Positions 26,228 through 36,769 of a stretch of 64,000 nucleotides of DNA are shown here, piece after piece; the stretch's first letter is position 1, and each line of letters opens with the position of its first letter. The notes under the pieces are model-generated. The model did not search any database. It was not told the DNA's origin and saw only the letters and a list, made by a program, of their open reading frames with translations. Source of the stretch: Paraspadella gotoi (taxonomy: Eukaryota > Animalia > Chaetognatha); NCBI GenBank assembly GCA_051294375.1, contig CM119264.1:5606218-5670217 (forward strand). Direction: 5' to 3'. The translations under genes and the position numbers were made by a program.

Positions 26228-26826
26228 ATGAACATCGAACAATTCGTCAAGTCTTGTTTTCAAAAACAACTGAGAACGTCGATCGATAGATTGGTTGAAA
26301 ATTTATGGGAGAAGTAGAAGCAATTCAAAGTTGGAGCTACCCACCAGCTACAGAAATATCGTTAATATTGGAAAAAGTGAGATCAAGAAAAAGGCAGATA
26401 GCCGAATTGGCGAAAGAACTTAAGGGAATATACGTTCCACCACCCGCCAAGGAGGACGACGAAGATACGATTTACCATAAAGTGTTCCGCATTCCAGAAG
26501 AAGAACTCGACGAAGAATCAAAAAAAATTCTAGAAATGAAAAGAAAGAGAAGGAACGAAGTGACGGCTAAACAAAAGAAAGTTACGTTCGCCGACGACAC
26601 ACCACGGTGAAGAGCGAAATCAATGACGAGACGAGACCAAAGGAGATTGACGAGTCAACACGGTGATCAAACAAATGACGTAATCACCCAAGAAAAAAAG
26701 GAACCAGATGAAGCAAAAGCCGTCGGCGAAGAAGAAAAGCCAAGAGACGAGCACCGCCAAGATGTCATTTTTACTATCGAAAATTATTCATTAAAAAATA
26801 AAGTCATAAAGACTTCAAACTCGTAA
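26228..26826 (+). pseudogene. Accessory ORF A (frameshifted; basic KRKRR motif and KKVTF motif)
   Basis: ATG 26228 (MNIEQFVKSCFQ...) joining ORF-track pieces 26305-26610 and 26623-26826; protein-like composition, inside the LTRs. Confidence 0.55.
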
Positions 26827-26909
26827 ACGTCGAACTGTTATAGCCGGAGAGAAACTTATTGAATAGTGAATTGGTCGAATTTTTATTATTTGAATTGTTT
26901 TCAGTTGCC

Positions 26910-27279
26910 ATGGATACTCCAAACGCCTTCGTTGACGAATGGAACAAAATTGAAAAATCTTGGGATGATCTCGAGAAAGAAGAACAAAGCGAAAACAGGA
27001 GAAGGAAAATATTCGAACTGATATTACAGGAAAAAGAATTAAAGCAAAAAAGGAAAGAAGCTGAGCAATTGACAGAAGAAAAAGCCGATCCGAACAAAGC
27101 AGTTCTCCATTAAAGCAAGAACTTGCCGATCTAACCTGAGAAAAAACTTGATCGCTACAAAAAAATTATCAAACCCGGAAAAAATCACAACGTTCACAAT
27201 GATGGAGAAGAGAACTGAGAAGAGACTCGAGATAATCTCTGGAAAATTGTCGACGTTAGAACCGAAAGAAACTGAATGA
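26910..27279 (+). pseudogene. Accessory ORF B (E/K-rich helical protein)
   Basis: ttttcag|ttgccATG; MDTPNAFVDEWNKIEKSWDDLEKEEQ...; continues past 27113 with frameshifts. Confidence 0.6.
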
Positions 27280-27370
27280 CAAAAAAGAAAACTATTTGTG
27301 ATAGTTAATAAAAGAACTGATAATTCGTTGTTGAATTTGTTTAAAGTTTAAGTTATAGTTTCAGTTCCTA

Positions 27371-27786
27371 ATGGATCTGGCAACCGGTTTCAAAAACAAA
27401 CGAAGCAAATTAAATGAACAATGGAAAAAAGGAGAAAAACTTTGGGCAAATGGAGACTACCAAGAATCAATTAATGTGGTAGAAAAACTCATACTTCCAG
27501 AGGTTGAACTTCAAGAAGAGGAAAAAAGGCAAAAAGAAACCGACCAAGAAAACAAAGAACCTGAAGCCGCATTAGAAAGGTGCAAAAAATGAAAGAAAAC
27601 TTAAAAAAGAGAAAAGAAGAGGGAACCTACCTATACGAGTTAGAAAAAAACTTTGCAGTGTCAAAAATTTATACCGAAATCTTGACAAGAACGGAAACGG
27701 AAGAAAAAGAGATCGACAAAAAGATCACAAATCTCGAGAGAAAAATTAGAATGACGTCATTACGAAAAAGAGTCTCAAAAAATTAA
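27371..27786 (+). pseudogene. Accessory ORF C (E/K-rich coiled coil)
   Basis: tttcag|ttcctaATG; MDLATGFKNKRSKLNEQW... joined by a frameshift to 27580-27786. Confidence 0.65.
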
Positions 27787-27828
27787 CATTAAAAAATGAA
27801 ATGATTATATCGAATAAATTTTTCTCAG

Positions 27829-28133
27829 AAAGGTAGCTGAATTCCGGAAAGAAAGAATGAAACTGGTGCTTGAGCACAGATTGCAGACCCCAATCGGTGG
27901 AAGATGCAATGAGAAAATTAATTTCTTACGAAAATTATTATCTGGAAAACGAAGAGAACGAAAAAGACGGAATAAAAATACAAAAACTGGAAGCTGAATT
28001 CAAAGAGCAAAAGAATTACTTTGAGAGATGGATCGAAGTTCGCTACCAGCAAAATAATGTGTTCTCAAACTTTCAGAAAGAAATGAGAGCTCATATTAAA
28101 GGAAGAAAACACCAAAACAGAACAGACAATTAA
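27829..28133 (+). pseudogene. Accessory ORF D (helical)
   Basis: tttctcag|aaaggtagct (ATG possibly lost by a 1-nt deletion; in-frame ATG at 27857); VAEFRKERMKLVLEH... then KIQKLEAEFKEQKNYFERWIEVRY. Confidence 0.55.
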
Positions 28134-28181
28134 TCGAAATTTACATATAATGTTTTGTTTATTTAAGACATTTCAGTAACC

Positions 28182-28448
28182 ATGTCATTCGAACTTACCA
28201 AAAATTTTCGCGAACGAGAAAAAGCCAAAGCTGCAGCAGAAACGCCAAGCAACCTTGAGGACACGCTGGAGAAGCTGGAGATGAATGAGAAGGAATTCGA
28301 GTCATTGTATTTCGATTATATAGCGCTGGGCTGTCCGATGGTAAAGGTGTCAGAAACATATATCTGGAGAATCGCTTACCTGAAAAGATGGGCCGACTTA
28401 ATGGAAGCTGAGGGAAAAGCTTTCGCCAAAGATATTCAACCACACTAA
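28182..28448 (+). CDS. Accessory ORF E (88 aa as read)
   Basis: tttcag|taaccATG; MSFELTKNFREREKA...ESLYFDYIALGCPMVKVSETYIWRIAYLKRWADLMEAEG. Confidence 0.65.
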   Translation: MSFELTKNFREREKAKAAAETPSNLEDTLEKLEMNEKEFESLYFDYIALGCPMVKVSETYIWRIAYLKRWADLMEAEGKAFAKDIQPH

Positions 28449-28548
28449 AAAAACTGATCGAGATGTGTCGACGATCCAAAATTACTTATACATTCGTTAT
28501 TCTTTGCATTCTTGCTTTCTTCGTTTACATTTAGTATATTCAGTCAGA

Positions 28549-28820
28549 ATGGACATTTCACAGCTAGCGGCGAAGTTCGGCCGATTCGGCACATTGGTAA
28601 AAGAAGTCGCCGTTACGAATCAGTAGATCGAAATCGTCCCAATATCTCATGAACGACAAGTTACGAGAGTCAAAAAATCGAAGTAAGATTAAAAAAATCC
28701 GTTAAAATATGAAAATTCTGAGAAATGTAGAGGGCATAAAAAAATTAAAAAACAAAAGACGTCGAAAATTAGCGATACGAGAATTAAAGAAATTTAATCG
28801 ATTTAACGAAGCTAACTAAC
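28549..28820 (+). pseudogene. Accessory ORF F (heavily frameshifted)
   Basis: Pyrimidine-rich spacer then attcag|tcagaATG; MDISQLAAKFGRFGTLVKEVAV; the end is approximate. Confidence 0.45.
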
Positions 28821-29144
28821 TTAAATAAAATTTAATAGCCTAAAACTTTAAACTTAATATACTAATTACATAAGTGGTTCCAGCCGCGAGAAAAGCTTCT
28901 CCTGAAAAAGACAAACGATCCAGACGAAGGCGAGCAAGAGGAAGTTCATGCTCGCAGAGAAAGACTAATTGGTTAAAATCGATTTCACAATAACTATCTG
29001 TCTTGTGCCACGAGTATTCGCTATTTGTCAAAAAATTCACGAATTCAAAATTATTTAATGTTCTGCTTTATAGCATTACAGGAATTTAGTTCATTACAAA
29101 AACTCGTTTTAAATATACATACAATTCAATTAATCGGTCAAAAA

Positions 29145-30478
29145 ATGGAATCGTACTCCGACTACGCACTGGACATGGAAGACGTCATGTGGGCGCCAAC
29201 GGATCAGGAGCGGCAACATTTATTCAGAGAATTTCCATTCGCCAGAGATTTCGGCGAACCTGACGTCGTCGAAGATACGGAGACAATCTCGTTAGCGACT
29301 TCAAACTCCGTCGAAGAAATCGCAATGCCGCAGCCGCCTCCGGAACCGAGTTCGCCGGGAGAGGACATCGCCTCTCGCTTCATCAACAAGAAGTCGCAGC
29401 TTCCGCCACACCGGAGGGCGCTCACCGACTTCTCAGTGCCCATCATTGTCGGCAGCGGCGACGAACCGATGTTTCGAGACGGGTTCCAGACCAACGGGAA
29501 CAGAGTCATGGTGCGACGCATTCGAAGAGCCTGGAAAAAGGCCGCGAAGATCCGCGGGTGGACAGACGGCAAATTTGACAATCTGGTACAGAAGATCCGG
29601 GAAGGAGCGAACCAGGAGACGCTTTTACGACTTGCCAAGTTTGTCAGAACCGGCCAGCTCCATCAGCAACCAACGGAGCCGCATCATCATCCACGAATGC
29701 AGCGACATCGTCTACACGTGTCGTCATATTTGATAATTCCACTCCAGCTGTCCGCTACGAGAAGACCACCACGACTACAGTTCTACCGACAACATCAGAA
29801 GAGAGTGTTGTCAGCAGCTCGACGTCATCACAAACTGAAGTCGACGGAGCGAAGTGGACTCAACTGGAGATAAGAAACCAACGACAAAGTCAGGAACTAA
29901 TCCGAGCTGAGATGGAGAAGGCGGAGTTGCGAATGAAGATCGAGAGACTGGAACAAGAATTGAAGAAGGAGACTGAGAGGAGGATCGAGGCAGAGGTGAA
30001 GCTAGAAGGAAAAGTAAGAGAGGTGGAGCAAAGAAGGGCGACGACGGAACGACTTTGGTCGCAGACTTGCGGCAAAATGTATGACAGGATCGAAATGCTG
30101 TCCTGCCCACACCTGAGATCGCCGTCTCCGCCGCAGACGAAACGTCGACACGCATCTCCATTTCGGGAAAATCACCAGGCGGACCTGCGCCTGAGTTCGT
30201 TCCGTCCACCAGCAGGCATGGAGCATTTTGTAAAATCTCCACCACGCACTCGTCAACCGGCAACGCCAAAGAAAAGACTGCCAACTTTACATCCAGTGTC
30301 GCCTCCTCCTCCACCACCTCCAAGAAGCCGTTACCCAGAGTGGGCGAAAAAAGCGACGAAGAAGCGATCGAATTGACTTTCATCAACTGGAACTCCGTCG
30401 GCGTCGGATGTCTGAATTGCCCGAGCCGGCCTCTCTAGAGCCGACCGCGAATCACACGCAGCATGTCATATGGCCTAG
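29145..30478 (+). pseudogene. Accessory ORF H (largest; acidic N-terminus, coiled coil, Pro-rich, possible terminal C2H2 finger)
   Basis: ATG 29145 (MESYSDYALDMEDVMWAP...) from ORF 29025-29873, then 29912-30376 (EKAELRMKIERLEQELKK...PPPPPPP), then a CLNC...H...H remnant ending at TAG 30478. Confidence 0.6.
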
Positions 30479-31385
30479 GGAGCATTTTCGTTTATTCCAG
30501 TGTTTATCGTATTCAAATTAATTCAATTATTGCCCGGTACCTACACAGAAACGACTTGTGAACGGGAACAGAAAAAATTTAATATCTGAGAAAAGGAAAA
30601 TCAAGTTAAATAAATAAATTAATAAAACAACTTGCCACACAAATCACTTAACGAAAACGACAAAGAATGACAACGAAATAAATTTGAGAAAAAAATTCAA
30701 ATTCAACCGTCCTTTAGAATTTCGAAACTAAGAATGAAAATTGAGCGAGAGGTTGCTTAGCAACGGAAGAGGAAAAGTTTTGATCGACAGTAGGCATAGT
30801 GTACCGTGGGATTGAGTAACGGACTAATCAAATGTACGAACTCAGACAATGTAAATATATTTGTTATTTAATGTCTGTATACTGCAAAATTGCATAAAAC
30901 GAAATCATCAAATCGGTTCGTTTTTCATATACAGTGATAATGAACTATACAAACAATTTGATCTTGTAAAACAAGAAGGGGGAGAAGAAAACCAAGAGAA
31001 AACTTTAAATAGCCAGAACGTGACCTGGTAGAACAGAGTCTAGTGTAACGATCGGTTTCAACACCCAAACATGCACCTGTACGTTCTGCATGCACCCCGC
31101 GATTCGGCCAAGACAAAGATGGCGCCGGAACGTCTACGGGGGGAGTTCGACGCCGAGACATCAACAAAAGAAATCGACAACATGCCGGACGAAAAGTCGC
31201 CGGGCACAATGAACGCGGCGTCGAGCCGGGCATATTGTTGCCGGGCGCTGAAAAAAGCAACGCCAAGACAAGCTTCGTCATAGAGACGACGCCGCAGAAG
31301 CCGAGCCGGTCGCAAACCAAGAAAAGTCAAGAGGATCAAGCCGGCGCCTCGTCCAACGCAACTTCTGCTTCGACCCGACCGCGGC

Positions 31386-31569
31386 GCCGCCGTTCGAAGC
31401 GTCGTCAAGGTGACGACGCCGGCGGCGGCTCAGGAGTCGTCATCATCAAGAAAACGCCGCCGTTCGAGGCGTCGTCAAGGAGATGACGCCGGCGGCGGCT
31501 ATGGAATCGTCGACGTCAAGATGGCGCCACCGTTCGAGGTGTCGTCAAGGAGACGACGCCGGCGGTGGC
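31386..31569 (+). promoter_or_regulatory. Three tandem 70-nt hairpin repeats in the element's 3' untranslated region
   Basis: Units start at 31385, 31455 and 31525; each is GCCRCCG-ttcga-(R)GYGTCGTC-aagg(a/t)-GAYGACGC(C)-gg-CGGYGGC. Confidence 0.75.
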
Positions 31570-31841
31570 TCTCGGATCTTCAGGGTGACGACACCAGCTT
31601 AACGGAATGATGGAGCCGTATCGGGACGTCAATGGGGGGAGTCCTGGCCGTCCGGGCCGTTCGGGCCGTACGGAAATGCCGATTGGGACAACATGCTGAA
31701 TGAAACCTCATTGGGGTGGGGACATGAACTGGGGTTACATGCTGAAGGGGAATCGATCACAGCAGCAAAGACATATGCCTCTAGGGCGAAGACCAGCTGT
31801 ACGTACGACCTCTCTTATGTTTTAGTGTCCATGTCACGTAC

Positions 31842-31850
31842 AGGGGGGAG
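31842..31850 (+). promoter_or_regulatory. Polypurine tract
   Basis: aggggggag immediately before the TG of the 3' LTR at 31851. Confidence 0.85.
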
Positions 31851-32078
31851 TGTAAAGAGAGGTCGTACGGGCGAGCGACTTGGCGTCATATCGTAAACAA
31901 AGATCATTTGTTTATCGTAGTCAAGGAGTTAGAAATCCTCAGTACTGTTTTACGTGATGCCAGGGCACTCCAGCTGACGGTCAGAGGAAAACAAAAAGGC
32001 ACTCCCCGGAAGAAGTCTACTAAGTCTTTAACAATACTACTTCACTTCACTTTGGCGATTACATCATCAATTATGTTA

Positions 32079-32690
32079 CTATCTAGGAAAAAAGTTAGAA
32101 ACATTTTTAATTGAGGATATCTACTCGAAAACTTGCTCGATTTTTAAAAAATTAGGATGTTTTAGATTCTATACTAAATTTCCTTTCAGTTGCTTCCTTC
32201 CATTTTTTCGTAGATCCAACCATATAGAAGTTAGAGGCAAAATAAGATTGCTACCTCAAGTGAAAAATGGCGGAAAAAATCGCCTTTAGTTTTCCACAAT
32301 TCTTGGTATTGAGTTATTTGTTTTTATTTCAAATTGAGTTAGTTATTTTTTTCATTTTTTTAAATTTGGTTATGCCGAATAGACAGCCCCTCTCTTTGGT
32401 TCATAAAGGTGCAATTGTAGCTCTGAGAAAAGAAGGAAAGACGCAACAATTCATCAGCAATAGACTTGAAATCCCTCGTTCCACCATTGCAAATTTTTTA
32501 CGGCGATACAACAAATCAAAAACATTTGGTGTGTCAGCTTTACGAGAGCATGCCCAGACGAATGCAGGCAGTGGTCGATGCCGAGGGAGGGCATACCAAA
32601 TATTGAGAATGTTTTACCCATGTTTTGTATATTTTTTATTGAATAAATGAACTTTTAAAAAAAAATGTTTCTAACTTTTTTCCTAGATAG
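32079..32690 (+). mobile_element. Non-autonomous (internally deleted) Tc1-family DNA transposon, 612 bp
   Basis: Perfect 30-bp TIRs ctatctaggaaaaaagttagaaacattttt; TA duplication (32077-78 / 32691-92), where the 5' LTR has a single TA at the same site. Confidence 0.95.
32372..32606 (+). pseudogene. Tc1 transposase remnant: N-terminal HTH fused to the extreme C-terminus, catalytic domain deleted
   Basis: MPNRQPLSLVHKGAIVALRKEGKTQQFISNRLEIPRSTIANFLRRY, then in another frame LYESMPRRMQAVVDAEGGHTKY*, the typical Tc1 C-terminus. Confidence 0.9.
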
Positions 32691-33945
32691 TACTTACAGT
32701 GGAATCTTCATCGTAGGGACATTTTTAGGCTGAGGCGTAAAACAGTACTAAATACTATACTATACTATAATATACTATACTATACTATAAAATAAATGTA
32801 GGTTTAATTCTATAGACATTTAAAATATAATTTAACTAGAATCCTTTGTGAGCAAGTTCGCGTTGGAAGCAGTGACCGACATCAATTCACCAAATCTTTC
32901 CAATTCCGAGCTCATTGCAACTAAAGGCTGTTTCCTCTCTTCTCGCCGTCTCATGGGTGAACAAAAAAAATATAACGGAATCACAGGTAAATCGTTTTGC
33001 CACGCCCCCCTTTCCGCAAACGTCACCCTAACTCCCTGTACTCCCTTATTCTCCCGAGTATTAAAACTCTCAAAGGACGAAGAATTGAAGGTTTTAGAAA
33101 AAAGAAAAGAAAGATTTATATCTTTAAAAATTTTATTTCCACTTTATTTATTTTTATTTTTATTCAATTTTTTTTTTTATTTAACTGCTGATTCAAACAG
33201 AAGCCCATATAATTCGAATTCCCGCGAGGCGTCGCTTTTATCGATCGGAGATTCCGCGTTCGGCGGCCGACAAACAAAAGACGTCGGCCGCGGGAGAAAA
33301 GGAGGAAACCAAAGAGGGGGTGGATGGGGGGCAGACGAAGGTGGGAGTTGGGAGTTTGGGAGGTAGTATTAGTAGTGGCAATGAAAGAGGGAAAGGGCGG
33401 GAAGAATGGACCGAGGAGAACAGAACACTCGGCTGGGAGAACGTGGAGCGAAAGAATCGCCAGACAAACGCTGTTAACTAGGACGGTACGTTTTCCGAAA
33501 AGGAGCGCGTGCGAATGCACGCGAGGGCTGGTGCACGTGCGAGGAAGCAAAGGAGGCTAATCGGCGATTAACGTTGGACCGGGAAAAGCGCGTCGTAGTC
33601 TTCGTCGTCGTTCTCGTCGTCGTCGTCGGCATTGTCTCCGAGTTATTTATAGATTCTTCGCCTCTCAGGCCCGAAGTGCTTGTTACGCCTGAAGCCAACG
33701 TGAAAAGGAAAATCGTGAGTCGTTGGAATGTTACGTGCGCGGGGTATCGCCGGCGGCAGTGGCGGCGGCGGCGGCGGGGGCGGCGGCGGCAGAGGATCGA
33801 AGCAGGAAAACCTTTAAAAAAACGTCGTAAAGTTTGGCGTCTGGAATTCGGGCGCCAAGTGATGCATAAAAAATCTTTTTCGTCGATCATAAGCGGCGCT
33901 GGAGGGGGGCGGAGATTATGGTGCGGGACGCTGCGGTGCGCAAAG

Positions 33946-33947
33946 GA

Positions 33948-34019
<72 letters not shown>

Positions 34020-34043
34020 AAAAAAGAAAGAGAGAAAAAAATA

Positions 34044-34083
<40 letters not shown>

Positions 34084-34412
34084 ATAAATTAATGGCGCCG
34101 GGATTTTGAGATCGAGTATGGCACAAGATGGTACCGTATTCGATCCGAAGGCCTGACGCCTGAGGCCGGACCCCTTCGATTGGACGTTTGAGACCACACG
34201 CCTGTTACCGGACGCCTGAGACCAGACGCCTGCAACCTCTTTGCTGTCGGAAAGAAAAAAAGAGAAAACGTAATAAATCGTCCAAAAGGACAACTGACCC
34301 CCGAGAGGCGGCGCTTTTGTGGAAGAGGAAGAGAAAGAGGAAGAAGAAGAAGAAGAAGAAGAAGAAGAAGAAGAAGAAGAAGAAGAAGAAGAAGAAGAAG
34401 AAGAAGAAGAAG
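33946..34412. repeat. (GAAA)n and (AAG)n microsatellites
   Basis: (GAAA)n at 33946-34083; (AAG)n at 34341-34412. Confidence 0.95.
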
Positions 34413-35931
34413 ATGGGAAAAAAAACAGAAATGGAGTAAGAGGGAATAAAGAGTCGAAAAATGAAGGAGGCTAAGAGATTGTTCTCTCCCGCCATCTTGG
34501 TACGACGCGATGCAGATTTAGTACGAACGAAGGGAGGTCAAAATAATAGAACAATGTGTCAAACATAAAGCCAATCATTGTAAATACTTAAGGTAGAGAA
34601 TGACAGCTTGGTACGGGATAAAAGAATTTCTATGAAGAAGAAAAGGTGAAGAAAAAGCTGCGTAAGAATCTGCAGGGTTTTTTTGTTTTTACTTCCTACG
34701 AGTTAGATAAAAACGTGATAAATTAGTTTTTAAAACTATGTACGTTTTTATAAATAAATTCCTTAAGAAGTATAAATTAAATAAATCTTAAATCTTAAAC
34801 CATTCAAAGAAACCATCTCCCCAAAGCGAGCCTAATCCATCCATTCTTAAAGCCAAAAAAGAATATTCCATCGTTTGTCCATTTTGGTTCCACTGGGAAA
34901 AAAAAGAAACGTTTTCCTTTTTCAAGTTTTCGCTCTCAAGTTGGGTTGTCATTTTTCTTCGACCCGCGCGCGCCAGAGATCAAAAAAGCGAATCTTAACT
35001 TTTTCCTTTTTTTCCCCTTTTTTTTCCTGTTTTTCTTTTTTCCCTTTTATTTCTTTTGTCTTTTGTTTTCCTTTTCTCTTGAGACCGACAAAGGAAGGTA
35101 AAAATTGGCGAGAGGGAATTGGGATATTAAATTGCTACTGTTGCTGCCGAAACTATAAAACATTATGAGGTTTCTGATTGAAACGGAGTCTCTTCCCCCT
35201 CTCTCTTATCTCTCGTCTCTCTCTCCCTATCTTTCTCTCTCTTTCTCTTTTGTCTCTCTCTCTCGTCTATCTCTCTCTCTCTCTCTCTCTATCTTTTTTA
35301 CTGCATGAAAATTTTAAAATAATTTCGCCAAAAATTTTCTTTTTCGCGTGATAGAATATTCTCTCTTCTGTCCTTCCTTTCTGTCCGTCCTTTCTGTCCG
35401 GCCATTCTACTCTCTCTGTCCGGCCTCTCTGTCCGGCCTGAACCCGGAAACACGTGATGGAATCGACGACGCGTGAAGAGTGAAACGTGAAGCGGGAGAT
35501 GAAAAGGAAGAGGGGGAGGAAAGGGAGAGGAAGACTGGGAGGAAGATGAGGGATATGGAAGGAGGAAGAGAGGAAGGAAGGGGTGGAGGAAGAGGAGGAG
35601 GAAAGGGAGAGGAAGACAGGGAGAAAGATGAGGGATATGGAAGGAGGAAGAGAGAAAGGAAGGGGGAGGAAGAGGATAGGAATAGAAAGAGGAAATGAAA
35701 TGAGGAGTAAAATAGGGAGAGGTAGAGGAGGGAAATGGGATGTTGAAGGAGAAGAATAAGAGGAAGGAGGAAAGGAAAGAAGAAAGAAAAAAATAAAAGA
35801 AGATAAAATGGGAAAACGAGAAGAAGGAAAGGAGAAAAGGAATGAAGGAAAAATAGAAGATGAAAAAAAAGATGAAGGAGCTTGAGAGAGACGTAAGAAG
35901 CGTGATGGGATGGGAGATGAAAGACAATGAG

Positions 35932-36053
<122 letters not shown>

Positions 36054-36205
36054 TCACAAGTCGTCAGACGTAATCCACTGATCAAGAGTCTCAGTCGTTC
36101 ATCACTTTTCCACCTTCTACTTTTTTTTAACCCGATAAGAGGAAACCCTCTCTCTCTCACTCTCGTCTTTCTCTATCCTCTCTTTATCTTTTTTTTTCCG
36201 CTCTT

Positions 36206-36259
<54 letters not shown>

Positions 36260-36737
36260 ATCTTACTCTCTCTCTATCTCTCTCTCTTTCCCAATTTTTC
36301 TTCTTCTCTCTCTATCTTTTCTTTTCTCCCTTTTATTCCTTTCACTTTCATTTTTCAACTTTTCTCTCTTTTTTTCATACTTTCTGCTTGTTCAAATAAT
36401 ATTTTCATGAAAATTAGTACAATTTATACTCCAAAAATTTTATAATCTCTAGTTTTTTTAATTTTCTTTCTCATTCAAAAATGGAGACCCAAATTTTCTT
36501 CCCATTAATTTCTCCTTTCATCTTTGCACATTCTCCTCGTTTTCCTTCACGACGCCACTGTTCTCCCCGTTCTCCTTAGCCTAAGTTCGCCTCGTTCTCC
36601 TTCGGTTATCCTTCTCCGCGGTTCTCCTCCTCACTTTCTTGTGTTCTCCACGTTATCCTCCTAAAATAGTGTTTTGCCTTCTCTCTTTTTGAATTTTCTC
36701 TCTGTCCATCATCTCTCTCCTTCTCCTTTACCTCCAC

Positions 36738-36769
<32 letters not shown>

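Larger units (their letters stand above)
18351..32754 (+). mobile_element. BEL/Pao-superfamily LTR retrotransposon with extended accessory 3' region
   Basis: Direct repeats at 18351 and 31851, PPT before the 3' copy, domain order Gag(Zn knuckles)-PR-RT-RNaseH-IN. BEL-type motifs include KTVFGWTLVG, LNDHLIGGP, ADIKGFFHQV, VFCDAS, PADLTSRG..GPEWL, GLDCFGP, SDNGTNL, APHWGGAW and RWHSEYLISLQERTKW. Confidence 0.95.
31851..32754 (+). mobile_element. 3' LTR, interrupted by a Tc1 element and possibly 3'-truncated
   Basis: Matches the 5' LTR at 31851-32078 and 32693-32754; lacks ~24 bp (ctcggatacgagagtaagtgctta) present in the 5' LTR; runs directly into (CTATA)n. Confidence 0.9.

Noticed and set aside
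31071-31610. ORFs over the GC-rich 3' repeats as additional accessory genes
   Set aside because: The 70-nt repeat period and stem covariation point to RNA structure; open frames are expected in GC-rich sequence.
26228-31850. env gene in the BEL 3' region
   Set aside because: No long ORF with a signal peptide, Cys-rich ectodomain or TM anchor; the ORFs are short, charged and soluble-looking.
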